Source: Nitrospinales bacterium
GTDB taxonomy: Bacteria > Nitrospinota > Nitrospinia > Nitrospinales > VA-1
Reading direction: 5' to 3'
DNA length: 64,000 bases
NCBI GenBank assembly: GCA_965223345.1
Contig: CBDCWG010000012.1
Span: 1,056,001-1,120,000, forward strand
Below are positions 8,772 to 18,938 of this stretch, one piece after another. Within the stretch, counting starts at the first letter, position 1; each line of letters opens with the position of its first letter. Below the pieces are notes generated by a model. It had not been told where the DNA came from. It did not search any database and was given only the letters and a program-made list of their open reading frames with translations. The position numbers were made by a program, and so were the translations under genes.

Positions 8772-10958
8772 TTAATAAGGGGTGTCTTTTAGGCAAATCC
8801 CCTGATAGACCCTACGATTCGTACCCCCAATTGATTTAGGCTTTGATTTGTACCCTGCCTCAGCCATCATGATTCCAAAATTTCTTTTGGGAATCTTGTC
8901 CTCTCCGTTTCTTATGGCAGTAGTTAAATACTCGCCATACAGATCATCAACCAGGACAAACATTTCAGATTTACTTTTCGCGGATTCGGATGCCGTATCG
9001 CATTTATCTTCGATAAACTGCTCGATCGCATCCATCTCCTTGCGGTACTCTGAAGTGGCCTCAATCACTGTTTTAGGTTCCTTGAGACCCTCTTTTTGCC
9101 ATTTGAGACAACCCTCTAGAGCCCAGTTCAATATGCCCGGCAGCTCTTGTTTCAGTTTTTCAGGGAGCTCTTTATCAATTCGATCCTTATCTATTTTTTG
9201 ATCAAAGCAGATCAACTTAACCCGACGCCAGATACCCAGATCCGATCCTTGGATATTAGGTTTGGTGTTCACAGCCAGGAAGATCTTAAATTGCGGCTTG
9301 TAGGTGAAGAACTCTTTAAACAAAAACCTTGCAGTTATGGAATCTCCGCCTGTAAGCTCCTTTACCAGGGATTCATTGAAGCTTTTTCCTCTCCCAACCT
9401 CAACAGCCGAAACGAATCGCGCCCCGCATAAAGAGGCGATGTCGTTGTTCGCCCCTTCGTTACTTCTGCTTAAAAAGGATCGCATTTCCGCTTTCTTTGA
9501 ATAATCACCAAATACTGCTTTTGTGGTTTCGATGAAAGTTGTCTTTCCATTCAAACCCATCCCGTAAAGGATAATAAGACATTGCTCAGACGTTTCTCCC
9601 GTTAACGAGTAGCCCACTAATTTTTGTAGATACTGTTTTAGAGAATCGTTACCACCAGTCACATCATCTAAAAACTTGAGCCAAAAAGGACATTCTGCAT
9701 CTAGTTCATAGTTAACGTGACAACTTTTTGTTATAAAGTTATCAGGGTTTGAAGGAAGCAGGTATCCTGTTCGAAGGTCAAGCGTTCCATTTCCGCAATT
9801 AAAAAGCCAGGAATCCTTGTCCAACTCTTCAGAGTCGATGGAAGCCATGTGTTGAGCCAGCTTGATCATGGCTTCCAACTTCGATTTGCTTTGGGAGTCT
9901 TTAGAGAATTTACGAATGGCTTTTATTAAACCCTTATCATCATCTTCTTTTACTTCTTCTGCAATGAAACGTGCAGTCTGTATTGCATAAGACATAATCT
10001 GACCACTTTCGTCTAGAACCCATCGGTTCCCGTTCCAGATCAGCCATTTTCCCCACTGCGGACAATATCTTAAAATGCCTCCATACCTATCCATGAGGCG
10101 TTCTGCGTTCCCCGCATCTGTTAAGCCCCGGCGAATAGGATAGCGATCAATACATCCTGCAATCCTTCGAACTTCTTTTTCATCGAGTGGAGGGGAGCAG
10201 CGTTTTTGGTTTTCCTCCAACAGAGCTGCACACAGATCACTTAATGTTAACCCAGGCACTCTTTGCCGTAATCTACCTGCAAATGACGTCAAATGGGCAT
10301 GTCTCCCACCTGGCTGTATACAGTTACTGGATCGAAGGCCTTCTGATATCCAAGCAGGCAATTCAGCTATATCAATCTTTCCAGGCTCTTCAACCCACTC
10401 GTATTGGCTACCGCTACGATGGTTCGAAGGAGGGGCAATAACGTATCCACCTTTGCCTCTTGTGTCGATACCGGGTCCCAACGCACCTCCTGTGCTCTTA
10501 AAACCTGTTTCAGGGTTTTTAAAGTAATAGTGCTGTCCACCACCCCCAGTTGAAACCGTCAAAGTCTTAGGTAGAGCCCCATTTTCCTCTTCAAGTTTTT
10601 TGAGGCTATCCCAGCCTCCCTTGTCCGGGTCGATATCAAGGATCGCCAACCCAGATACCTTGCCCGTTGCAATCCCTATGTTGGCATCGGGCCATGTAGA
10701 CCACCACTTTTCGATGATTCTCGACTCGATCGCCGAATCCTTATATGCATGACGAGTTCGGGGATGCTTTCCTGCGTTACCGCAATCTGCTTTTCCGCAG
10801 GAACACTGCCCATCGCGAATCGAGTGGCACGGAAAGACCGGCCACCCCCTCTCTGCATAACTGAGAGCCCAATCCTTGAGAGATTTTGGGGTTCCCCCCA
10901 CCTCAAGGGTATAGTTATCTGTTCTGTTTTCTTTTTCGTTTGAGTCAAATCTATTCAT
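8772..10958 (-). CDS. bifunctional Prim-Pol + PriCT-1 + D5_N + SF3 helicase (P4-family phage/plasmid primase)
   Basis: GWPVFPC, CSCGKADC..GKHP, NIGIATG, LDID, HYYF; GRHAHL...CSPPL; LTDAGNAERL; Walker A GMGLNGKTT; KELTGGDSITARFL. Confidence 0.95.
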   Translation of the reverse strand: MNRFDSNEKENRTDNYTLEVGGTPKSLKDWALSYAERGWPVFPCHSIRDGQCSCGKADCGNAGKHPRTRHAYKDSAIESRIIEKWWSTWPDANIGIATGKVSGLAILDIDPDKGGWDSLKKLEEENGALPKTLTVSTGGGGQHYYFKNPETGFKSTGGALGPGIDTRGKGGYVIAPPSNHRSGSQYEWVEEPGKIDIAELPAWISEGLRSSNCIQPGGRHAHLTSFAGRLRQRVPGLTLSDLCAALLEENQKRCSPPLDEKEVRRIAGCIDRYPIRRGLTDAGNAERLMDRYGGILRYCPQWGKWLIWNGNRWVLDESGQIMSYAIQTARFIAEEVKEDDDKGLIKAIRKFSKDSQSKSKLEAMIKLAQHMASIDSEELDKDSWLFNCGNGTLDLRTGYLLPSNPDNFITKSCHVNYELDAECPFWLKFLDDVTGGNDSLKQYLQKLVGYSLTGETSEQCLIILYGMGLNGKTTFIETTKAVFGDYSKKAEMRSFLSRSNEGANNDIASLCGARFVSAVEVGRGKSFNESLVKELTGGDSITARFLFKEFFTYKPQFKIFLAVNTKPNIQGSDLGIWRRVKLICFDQKIDKDRIDKELPEKLKQELPGILNWALEGCLKWQKEGLKEPKTVIEATSEYRKEMDAIEQFIEDKCDTASESAKSKSEMFVLVDDLYGEYLTTAIRNGEDKIPKRNFGIMMAEAGYKSKPKSIGGTNRRVYQGICLKDTPY

Positions 10959-11006
10959 AATCTGGATGCATTCCTACTTTTCCTTTATCACTCCGAGGTT
11001 TGTTAT

Positions 11007-11243
11007 TCATTGTTGTTGATCAATCCAATTGAAAAACTTTTCTTCATCGAGCAAAACACGTCTTCCTAGACGCACGAGTGCCCCTGTGTTCTTAAGACCA
11101 TTAGAATCCGCATAGAAGATGTGATTGCGGAGTGCTGCTTCCGAAATGAACCGGTGCTTTTCGGCAAATTGCCGGACTGTCAGTAAATTGGGCATCGAAT
11201 CAATGAAAGATGATTTGTTTGCCTTTTTTGCTAGTAGAACCAT
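11007..11243 (-). CDS. excisionase/AlpA-like small DNA-binding protein
   Basis: LLTVRQFAEKH...EAALR...GRRVLLDEEKFFNWI winged-HTH pattern; lies between integrase and primase. Confidence 0.75.
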   Translation of the reverse strand: MVLLAKKANKSSFIDSMPNLLTVRQFAEKHRFISEAALRNHIFYADSNGLKNTGALVRLGRRVLLDEEKFFNWIDQQQ

Positions 11244-11669
11244 TTGTGATTACCTCTATTCATTAAGTAATGAGAAAAAATGGGCAGTATCTGCCCTGCT
11301 CTAGTTGAGATGGCGCTATAAAGATTAACGGTGCAGGGAGAGGTAATTGTAATGGCGAAAAAAGGGGGAGGGGAGTCTACGCGTCTTTGAGCATGGTCAT
11401 AACTTATTTAAACATATGGGTTTGCATTGAGCTGATTGCCCGTTCGCGGTTGAAGTTTTTCCCTGTTTTGCTGCAATAGACAGCAACCAAAGCGACCAAT
11501 CTGCAGCGTTGTTGGTTTTTCCTCAAAATGGCTCAAACTAACTCACGGGGCTAGGCGTTGAGGTTGTAAATCAGTGTTCACCCGTTTAGCGTTTCATCAA
11601 ACCTTCAAGGCGCAAGTTTTTCTTTAAATTAGTGATGAAGCAAAAGTGCTGATTGAATCTAAAACCTAT

Positions 11670-12746
11670 TCATTCTTGCCCCTTATCCCCTATAAACTTC
11701 TTGTTCATCCTGGACACCACACTGGCTGTATGTTGTTCACTGAGATGACTGTATCTTTTAACCATCTGCAGCGTCTTGTGCCCTAAGATCTCAGCGATCT
11801 CTGCCAAACTGGCCCCACTCATCGCAAGATAACTCGCCGCTGAATGCCGCAAGTCATGGAAACGAAAATTCTCAATTTGTGCTTCCTTCAAAGCACGATC
11901 CCACGAAGGACGAATTTCAATTGGTTTCTTGCCGCTTGGATTGGGAAATAAGAGGTTTGTATCAATCCGTCGTGTTTGCGAAAGCTTTTTGACCTCATCC
12001 AATGCGGGGCCAGCTAAAGGAAGGGCTCGTCGCTCATCATTTTTCGTTTTATGTAAAATCGCCACCTTCCTACTGAAATCAATATCGCCCCATTCCAGAC
12101 CAAGAATCTCCGATTTCCGCGCTCCAGTGGAAAGCGCCAGGATAACCACCGGGTATAAATTCGGGTCATTGCTTTCCTTACAGGCTGCCAGTAGGCGTTC
12201 TCGCTCCCCATTATCGAGGAATCTCACTCGCCCACGTGGTTCCTTAGGCTTGGAGACTTTTGCCATTGGAGAACTCTCAAGCCAGCCCCACTCACGAACA
12301 GCAATCGTGAAAGCATGGGAAAGGGCTGCCATATAACGCACAACCGTGGCGGGAGATCGTTTTTTCTTCCTGGTTCCAGGTTCTTTCAAGAGGTGATCCC
12401 TGCACTCTACAATAAGGGCGGGAGAGATGTCGGAAAGCAATTTGTCGCCCATCTGCTCTTTCCACCATTTTAGCTGTCGGTACTGATCCCTCTGCATAAC
12501 CTCGCTTTTATGCGGAAGAACGTCTTTAAGGTATCGATCCACCATCTCGCCAACTGTGTGCCGCTTGGCTTCCGCCGTTTTAAAGTGACGTCCGTTTCTG
12601 ATATCGGATTCCAAGTCCTCTGACCAACGGCGAGCATCAGTCTTACGCGCAAAGGTAGCCGACTGGACAGGGTGTCCTTTGAGCCTTACACGGACTCTGT
12701 ATACTGTTTTGCCATCCTTGGTTTTTCGCTCTTCAAAATTTGCCAT
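11670..12746 (-). CDS. tyrosine recombinase/integrase
   Basis: Intact catalytic set TGARKSE, KTKN, HDLRH, LGHK, RYSH; adjacent to the tRNA. Confidence 0.97.
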   Translation of the reverse strand: MANFEERKTKDGKTVYRVRVRLKGHPVQSATFARKTDARRWSEDLESDIRNGRHFKTAEAKRHTVGEMVDRYLKDVLPHKSEVMQRDQYRQLKWWKEQMGDKLLSDISPALIVECRDHLLKEPGTRKKKRSPATVVRYMAALSHAFTIAVREWGWLESSPMAKVSKPKEPRGRVRFLDNGERERLLAACKESNDPNLYPVVILALSTGARKSEILGLEWGDIDFSRKVAILHKTKNDERRALPLAGPALDEVKKLSQTRRIDTNLLFPNPSGKKPIEIRPSWDRALKEAQIENFRFHDLRHSAASYLAMSGASLAEIAEILGHKTLQMVKRYSHLSEQHTASVVSRMNKKFIGDKGQE

Positions 12747-12866
12747 GGTCCTCACCCTGTATAGACATTCTACCCATATAGAGCCTAAGCTAAATCCACG
12801 CCGTTGTCAACAACAGAATAACAATCCGTTTATATATGTTTAAAATGAAATGTTTACATCGTATTG

Positions 12867-12992
12867 GGCCAATTTTAGGCCACTTTGGATTTTATGTCAA
12901 TGGAAGCACCTCCAACTATGGCTATTTTGATCTAGGTGTTTTGTGGTCTGTTGAGATTTTTTGTCTATGATAGGCCTATTTCTGGCCTATTT
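12867..12992. repeat. two tandem pairs of GGCC(A/T)(A/C)TTT repeats; candidate integrase arm-type sites
   Basis: GGCCAATTT 12867, GGCCACTTT 12878, GGCCTATTT 12973 and 12984; 11-bp period in both pairs. Confidence 0.6.
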
Positions 12993-12997
12993 CCAAT

Positions 12998-13034
12998 AAA
13001 AAAGGACCTGCGAAAATTCGCAAGTCCTTGTTTT
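12998..13034 (-). terminator. hairpin/terminator just 3' of tRNA-Arg
   Basis: AAGGACCTGCGAA-AA-TTCGCAAGTCCTT with an A run on its left (U tail on the minus strand). Confidence 0.6.
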
Positions 13035-13037
13035 ATA

Positions 13038-13114
<77 letters not shown>

Positions 13115-13588
13115 TTTTGGATGGGTTGTGGGGCTCTTCCTGCGGGAAGAGCGGTGCCTTAGAGGTGTTTGCCCGGGTTCCTGCCTGTTCCGTAAACGGG
13201 TTGCAGCCGGAACCGGGATGCCGCCGCACGCAGTGGCATTATAACACAGGGGTCGGTGGTGCCATTTGCGTCCTCTCAGGGACTGATTCCGGGCTCGTTA
13301 CTTCCTTCCTGCTTCAATCAATCCCTCCTCCTTTTTCCCGATTTTTTCCCCGGTCTGATTTCCCGCCTGTCCGGGTTTTTCAGTTTTTTCAGGTCAAGCT
13401 GGCCTCGAAAAGTCATTGAAAATTTGTTGGTTATTTGCTTTTGGCGCAGCTTGACAGGGAGGGTGTGCGATCTTATTTTTTAAGTGAGAGAGGATGGATG
13501 CGATTCCCGGGATCGGTTCGCCTCGTTGTATGCAAAGGGCGGCTCATTGTTCCAACCTTCTACACAATCATGAAAGGAGGATGCGATC

Positions 13589-14080
13589 ATGAATATCAAA
13601 GATCTGATTCCTTGGGAAAGGGACGACAAATTCTGGACAGACAACCCGTTTGCCATGATGGAACGGGATATGAACCGGGTGTTTCGCGATATGTCGAAAA
13701 ACTTCATGGACACACCGACGCGCACGGGATGGATGGGCGGAAATGGACTGACACCCAGAGTGGACGTGACGGAAACGGACGAGGCCATCGAAGTGCATGC
13801 GGAACTGCCGGGCATGGAGGAAAAGGACATCGAAGTTTCGCTGCTGGACAATGTTCTAACCCTCCAGGGTGAAAAAAAGCATGAGAAGGAAACCAAGGAG
13901 AAAAACTATCACCGGGTGGAGCGGTCTTTCGGAAAATTCCTGCGCCGGGTCGCATTGCCGGCTGAGGTGGAGTCCGACAAGGTCGACGCCCGATTCAAGA
14001 AAGGGGTTTTGACCGTTCGTCTGCCGAAAACGGAAAAAGCCAAAAAAGACGTTAAAAAGATCTCCGTGAAAGCGGAATGA
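13589..14080 (+). CDS. Hsp20/alpha-crystallin small heat-shock protein
   Basis: PRVDVTE, AELPG, ERSFGKF.R, A.FKKGVLTV.LPK; GGAGG SD. Confidence 0.96.
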   Translation: MNIKDLIPWERDDKFWTDNPFAMMERDMNRVFRDMSKNFMDTPTRTGWMGGNGLTPRVDVTETDEAIEVHAELPGMEEKDIEVSLLDNVLTLQGEKKHEKETKEKNYHRVERSFGKFLRRVALPAEVESDKVDARFKKGVLTVRLPKTEKAKKDVKKISVKAE

Positions 14081-14443
14081 CGCCTCAGGCTCACTCCCCA
14101 GCGGAGCTTGAGGTCTCAGTGAAGTGGGCGCCGGGGTTTAGCAAAACCTTACCTCCCTCGACCGGCGCTCACTTCTTGTTTTTATTCCCGCCATCGATCA
14201 TGCTTCCGACTCTTTCAATGCCAAGTGGGACCCTTTTGTCTGAAACAGACTGAAAAACCGGGGATTGTCCTGCCAATGAACAATTCCTCTACTCCACCTT
14301 TCCAATTTAATTGATTTTCTGTGTAAATCAGTCTATTCTGGATATTGTCAAATCCATAAAAAACAAAGGTTTAATCGTGTTCGGGTCTCTCCTCTTCCGT
14401 TTGCATGTGGGGAGGGTCCGGAATCCTGGAGGAGGCTGTTTTC

Positions 14444-15586
14444 ATGCAGATCGAGCAGAAAATCTGGACCCAGCAAGCGGGCTGGTCGAAAGAATCCGAT
14501 CCTGAATTACGGGATCGCGCGCAAATCGCTTTCGTGTTCGGCAGTACCCCGGTGTTAAAAAACGGGGGCCACTACGAATCCATCAAAGAAAGCTATCCAC
14601 AAGCTCTGATCATCGGTTGCTCCACGTCTGGAGAGATAGCGAGCGACACGATTCTTGACGAATCCATCGTGGTCACGGCGCTGCATTTTGAACACACGGA
14701 GTTGAAGCGTGCGGAGGTGAAAACCGGGGATTTTGCAAACAGCACGCAGGCGGGGAAGGCGCTGATCGATGCGTTGCCCAAAGAAAATCTGGTGCATGTT
14801 CTGGTTTTCTCCGACGGACTCAACGTCAACGGCAGCGATCTGGTGCGTGGTTTGCAATCGGGCATTCCGGAAGGCGTTGGCCTGACGGGAGGCCTGGCTG
14901 GTGACGGCGATCGCTTCACAGAAACCCTGGTGTGTGCCGACGCGTTTCCTGAGAAGGAAAAAATCGTGCTGGTCGGTTTTTACGGCGATCGATTGAAAGT
15001 GGGCTACGGTTCGATGAGCGGGTTTTCTCCCTTCGGTCCCGAAAGACGGGTGACCAAGGCGCGGGGCAATGTTCTGTATGAGCTGGATGGGGAATCGGCT
15101 CTGGACCTGTACAAAAAATATCTGGGAGAGGAAAAAGCCTCCAACCTGGAGGTCAATCAGTTTTACTTTCCCCTGAGCTACAAGGCCGAGGGGATGGACG
15201 AGCCGGTCATCCGCACCATTCTTTCCATCGATGAAAAAGAAAAAAGCATGACCTTTGCCGGTGACATTCTGGAAGGGGGACACGCCCGGCTCATGAAGGC
15301 CAATCATCACCGCCTCATCGATGGCGCGGGTCAGGCGGCAGAAACCTGTGTCAACGGGGATGAGGGCAAAAACCCCGAATTCGCCATTCTGATCAGCTGC
15401 GTCGGCAGGAAAATCGTGCTCAAGCAGCGGGCGGAGGAGGAGATCGATATCGTGCGCAACGTCTTCGACGATCAAACCGTCCTCACCGGGTTTTATTCCT
15501 ACGGCGAGATCGCCCATTTCCGGCCTTTCGAGCCCTGCCAGTTGCACAATCAGACCATGACCATCACTACGTTTATGGAAGACTGA
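14444..15586 (+). CDS. FIST N/C domain protein (NosP-like)
   Basis: IGCSTSGEI, GGLAGDG, NVLYELDG, SCVGRK, GFYSYGEI, LHNQTMT; GGAGG SD before ATG 14444. Confidence 0.92.
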   Translation: MQIEQKIWTQQAGWSKESDPELRDRAQIAFVFGSTPVLKNGGHYESIKESYPQALIIGCSTSGEIASDTILDESIVVTALHFEHTELKRAEVKTGDFANSTQAGKALIDALPKENLVHVLVFSDGLNVNGSDLVRGLQSGIPEGVGLTGGLAGDGDRFTETLVCADAFPEKEKIVLVGFYGDRLKVGYGSMSGFSPFGPERRVTKARGNVLYELDGESALDLYKKYLGEEKASNLEVNQFYFPLSYKAEGMDEPVIRTILSIDEKEKSMTFAGDILEGGHARLMKANHHRLIDGAGQAAETCVNGDEGKNPEFAILISCVGRKIVLKQRAEEEIDIVRNVFDDQTVLTGFYSYGEIAHFRPFEPCQLHNQTMTITTFMED

Positions 15587-15590
15587 TCCG

Positions 15591-17525
15591 ATGCACCATC
15601 TTCTTAAACAGCAGATCAAGAAATTCCTCGGCGATCCATCCCAGGTTCCTGCGGAACTCAAGGAATTGCTGGATGCGGTCGATGCTGCCTACACGGAGGC
15701 GGACAACGACTATGACCTGCTGGAACGGGCGATGGACCTCGCCTCCGATGAGCTCCTGGAAAAGAACACGAAACTCAAACAGGAGGTCGCCGACCGCAAG
15801 AAAGCGCAGGAAGATATACAAAAATTGATTCAAGCCAATCAAGCGATATTGAATTCTGCTGGTGAGGGAATTTACAGGGCGGATATGGAAGGAAACGCCA
15901 TCTTTGTCAATCCTGCAGCTGGAGAAATACTTGGATACAATGCTGACGAAATCATCGGTAAAAACCTGCACGATGTGATTCACCATTCGAAACCAGATGG
16001 ACAGCCATACCCCATTGAGGAATGCCCTCTTTACATCGCCTTGAAAAACGGCAGCGATCATGTGGAAATGGAGGATGTCTTCTGGCGAAAGGACGGGAGT
16101 CCTGTTCCCGTCGAACTCATCGCCAAGACAATGGTTGAAAATGGAAAAACGGTGGGTGTGGTCGTTACCTTCCAGGACATCACGCAACGCAAACGGGATG
16201 AGGAGAGAATAAAAAACATCAATGTAGAGTTGGAGAAGCGTGTTGAGGAGCGCACCGCCGACCTGATGCTCGCCAACAAGTGTCAGGAGCAGGAAATCAA
16301 GGTGCGGCTCAAGGCGGAGCATGCCTTGATCGAAGCGAAAAACGAAGCCGAAAGGGCCAACCGGGCGAAATCGCAATTTCTTTCGAGAATGAGCCACGAA
16401 CTGCGGACCCCCATGAACGCCATTCTGGGATTCGGGCAGCTCCTGGAATGCGATACCGGTGATCCCTTGAGTCCGGGGCAAAAAGAACGGGTCGATGAAA
16501 TTCTCAAAGCGGGAAAACACCTGCTCGACCTGATCAATGAAGTCCTGGATCTGGCTCGCATCGAATCGGGACGAGAGGATCTGAAGATAGAGGACGTCAA
16601 TGTTCAGAAAGTCGCCGAGGAGGCATTGAAACTCATCCAGCCCGAAGCCGCCGACAGGGGGATCAAGGTCGAAAACACCATCCCCGAGGATTTGGATGTG
16701 TGTGTGCAGGCGGATGCGACGCGATTGAAGCAGGTTCTGATCAATCTGTTGTCCAATGCGGTGAAATACAATCGGCGGCATGGCAAAGTCACATTATCTA
16801 TGGAAACGCCTTCTCATGAAAAACTGGGTATCCACGTTGTGGATACCGGCAAGGGGATTGCTCCGGAAAAAATAGAGAACTTGTTTGAACCATTCGATCG
16901 GTTGGATGCGGATGAATTCGATTCATCCGGCACCGGAATCGGCTTGACCATCACTCGACAACTTCTAGAACTCATGGACGGAACCATTACCGTACAGAGC
17001 ACTGTGGGCAAGGGGAGCTGCTTCACGGTTGAGATTCCCCTCGTTCAAGCAGGAAACGCCTGTGGCAAGATTGTAGAGGCTGTCTGCAATATGCCGGAGG
17101 GGCCCTGTGACGAGGCGCCGAACGAAATGGAGAAGAAAACATTGCTTTATATTGAAGACAATCCCGTCAATGTGACGGTTGTGGAGCAGATGCTGGCGAA
17201 ATTCACAGGAGTTGAGCTCATGTCTGCGCCGAATGCGCAAATCGGTCTGGAGTTAGCGGGTGAGCGTCTGCCGGATCTCATACTGATGGATATCGATTTG
17301 CCCGGGATGGATGGAATCACGGCGACGGAAAAATTAAAAACGCAGGGTGCAACGAAACACATCCCGGTTGTGGCGGTCAGCGCCAAGGCATTTGATCTGG
17401 ATATCGAAAAGGCCCTGTCAAAGGGATTTCATTCCTACATCACGAAACCCATCGACATGCCCCATTTCATTCAAGCTCTCAAAGAAATACTGGATTTGGG
17501 TCCAGCCTCCCCCGTACAAAAATAA
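15591..17525 (+). CDS. hybrid sensor histidine kinase (PAS-HisKA-HATPase-REC)
   Basis: MSHELRTPMNAI, NLLSNAVKY, DTGKGI, GTGIGL, receiver YIEDN...LMDIDLPGMDG...TKP. Confidence 0.95.
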   Translation: MHHLLKQQIKKFLGDPSQVPAELKELLDAVDAAYTEADNDYDLLERAMDLASDELLEKNTKLKQEVADRKKAQEDIQKLIQANQAILNSAGEGIYRADMEGNAIFVNPAAGEILGYNADEIIGKNLHDVIHHSKPDGQPYPIEECPLYIALKNGSDHVEMEDVFWRKDGSPVPVELIAKTMVENGKTVGVVVTFQDITQRKRDEERIKNINVELEKRVEERTADLMLANKCQEQEIKVRLKAEHALIEAKNEAERANRAKSQFLSRMSHELRTPMNAILGFGQLLECDTGDPLSPGQKERVDEILKAGKHLLDLINEVLDLARIESGREDLKIEDVNVQKVAEEALKLIQPEAADRGIKVENTIPEDLDVCVQADATRLKQVLINLLSNAVKYNRRHGKVTLSMETPSHEKLGIHVVDTGKGIAPEKIENLFEPFDRLDADEFDSSGTGIGLTITRQLLELMDGTITVQSTVGKGSCFTVEIPLVQAGNACGKIVEAVCNMPEGPCDEAPNEMEKKTLLYIEDNPVNVTVVEQMLAKFTGVELMSAPNAQIGLELAGERLPDLILMDIDLPGMDGITATEKLKTQGATKHIPVVAVSAKAFDLDIEKALSKGFHSYITKPIDMPHFIQALKEILDLGPASPVQK

Positions 17526-17541
17526 TCCAAGCTTGTGAAAT

Positions 17542-17573
17542 AAAAAAAGGGCCTTTGATATTCAAAGGCCCTT
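17542..17573. terminator. terminator hairpin between convergent kinase and tRNA-Pro
   Basis: AAAAAAAGGGCCTTTGA-TAT-TCAAAGGCCCTT. Confidence 0.8.
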
Positions 17574-17580
17574 CGTGTTC

Positions 17581-17658
<78 letters not shown>

Positions 17659-17683
17659 TATGTCTGTTTTATCGCCCCATTGT

Positions 17684-18610
17684 TCAGCGGTGGCGGGAAT
17701 GCATCTGCTTCACCCGCTTTCTCTGCTCGGGAGACAGGACTTTCAGCACCGCGATTTTGGCTTCGATCTTGGCGTTGATCATCTTCGATTTGGCGGCGAT
17801 CAAACGCTGGCCGATGGTGCGGATGGCGGATTCATCCACCGTCTCCGAATGCACGAGAAGATCCAGCTCCATGTGGGCGATGGCCTTGTCGGCTTTCGCC
17901 TGAATCTTGGTCTTCTTGTATTCGAACTCGTGTTTTTTCAGGGCTGCAATTTGGTCCTCGCTGAGCATGAGTTTCTGCTTGAAGCGCAACACATGCTGAA
18001 ACGGATCCATTTTCTTGTGATGGCCGCCGTGTCCCCGGTAGCCGTGCCCGCCTTTGTGACCGTAGCCATGTCCATGACCTTTGTACCCGTGATGGCCCTT
18101 CCCGTGCGGGTAGGATTTCCCCTTGTAGGAATAATGCTTGCCTTTGCTGCCCTCGCCTTTGCCGTGTGGATAGGACTTACCGTGGGAATAGGACCGCCCC
18201 TTGCTGCCTTCGCCTTTTTTGTGGCTGTAGCCATGTCCGTGGCCTTTGTAGTGGTGTCCTTTTCCGTGTGAGTACGACTTGCCTTTATGCGAGTAAGACT
18301 TGCCCTTGCTGCCCTCGCTCTTTTTTGTGGACTGGGGTTTGGCTTTGCTGCCTTCGGATTTCTTGGCAGCGGGGTTCTCCGCCGATGCCGCCGGGGCGTT
18401 TTCAGGCGCCGCGTTCGGGTTTGCGGTCTTGTCTTCCTCGAAGCTGTAGCTTCCTTTGCTGTCCGTTCCCGGTTGAAATTGAACTTGTGTGACCTCGGGA
18501 ACCGGGTTGCCTGGAAGTGCGGTTTCCGCTGCCGCGGTCGCGGTGAAAAACACGAGACAGAGAGCGGATACCAGAAAAACGGTCGTGGCTTTGAAGCTGT
18601 TAACGTGCAT
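17684..18610 (-). CDS. secreted protein with His/Gly/Lys/Ser/Tyr-rich repeats and C-terminal Spy/CpxP/ZraP-like domain
   Basis: GGAGGA SD before ATG 18610; signal peptide; L.LSEDQ...VLSPEQR LTXXQ-like motifs. Confidence 0.8.
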   Translation of the reverse strand: MHVNSFKATTVFLVSALCLVFFTATAAAETALPGNPVPEVTQVQFQPGTDSKGSYSFEEDKTANPNAAPENAPAASAENPAAKKSEGSKAKPQSTKKSEGSKGKSYSHKGKSYSHGKGHHYKGHGHGYSHKKGEGSKGRSYSHGKSYPHGKGEGSKGKHYSYKGKSYPHGKGHHGYKGHGHGYGHKGGHGYRGHGGHHKKMDPFQHVLRFKQKLMLSEDQIAALKKHEFEYKKTKIQAKADKAIAHMELDLLVHSETVDESAIRTIGQRLIAAKSKMINAKIEAKIAVLKVLSPEQRKRVKQMHSRHR

Positions 18611-18771
18611 GGAGTCCTCCATCAAAAAAAACTGCATTGCGGCGCTTGTCCTGTTCAGGATGTCCGGTTGTGTCCATTCGATTACCAATTCTCTCATTTT
18701 TGGGGAGGAATTCCCAAGCGGAAAAGGGCGGGGGTCGAAGGACGGTCCTGGGGACGTCCGCATCGCAAATA

Positions 18772-18848
<77 letters not shown>

Positions 18849-18861
18849 ATACTATGGAATT

Positions 18862-18938
18862 TGGGGTGAGCGACGGGACTTGAACCCGCGACAACTGGAG
18901 CCACAATCCAGTACTCTACCAACTGAGCTACGCCCACC
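18862..18938 (-). tRNA. tRNA-His(GUG), including G-1
   Basis: GGTGGGCGTAGCTCAGTTGGTAGAGTACTGGATTGTGGCTCCAGTTGTCGCGGGTTCAAGTCCCGTCGCTCACCCCA. Confidence 0.97.

Larger units (their letters stand above)
1..13037. mobile_element. tRNA-Arg(UCU)-integrated genomic island / phage-satellite-like element; left end outside the window or undetermined
   Basis: Integrase directly downstream of the tRNA 3' end, followed co-directionally by excisionase-like and primase-helicase genes; visibly AT-richer than the backbone right of 13114; no second tRNA 3'-end copy spotted by eye. Confidence 0.85.

Noticed and set aside
13115..13588. CIRCE or ROSE element upstream of Hsp20
   Set aside because: No TTAGCACTC-N9-GAGTGCTAA and no convincing thermometer hairpin seen
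18020..18365. EGSK(G) repeats as an EGKCG-type (HvfA/oxazolin-like) RiPP precursor
   Set aside because: The repeats lack the modified Cys and no MNIO/DUF692 gene is nearby
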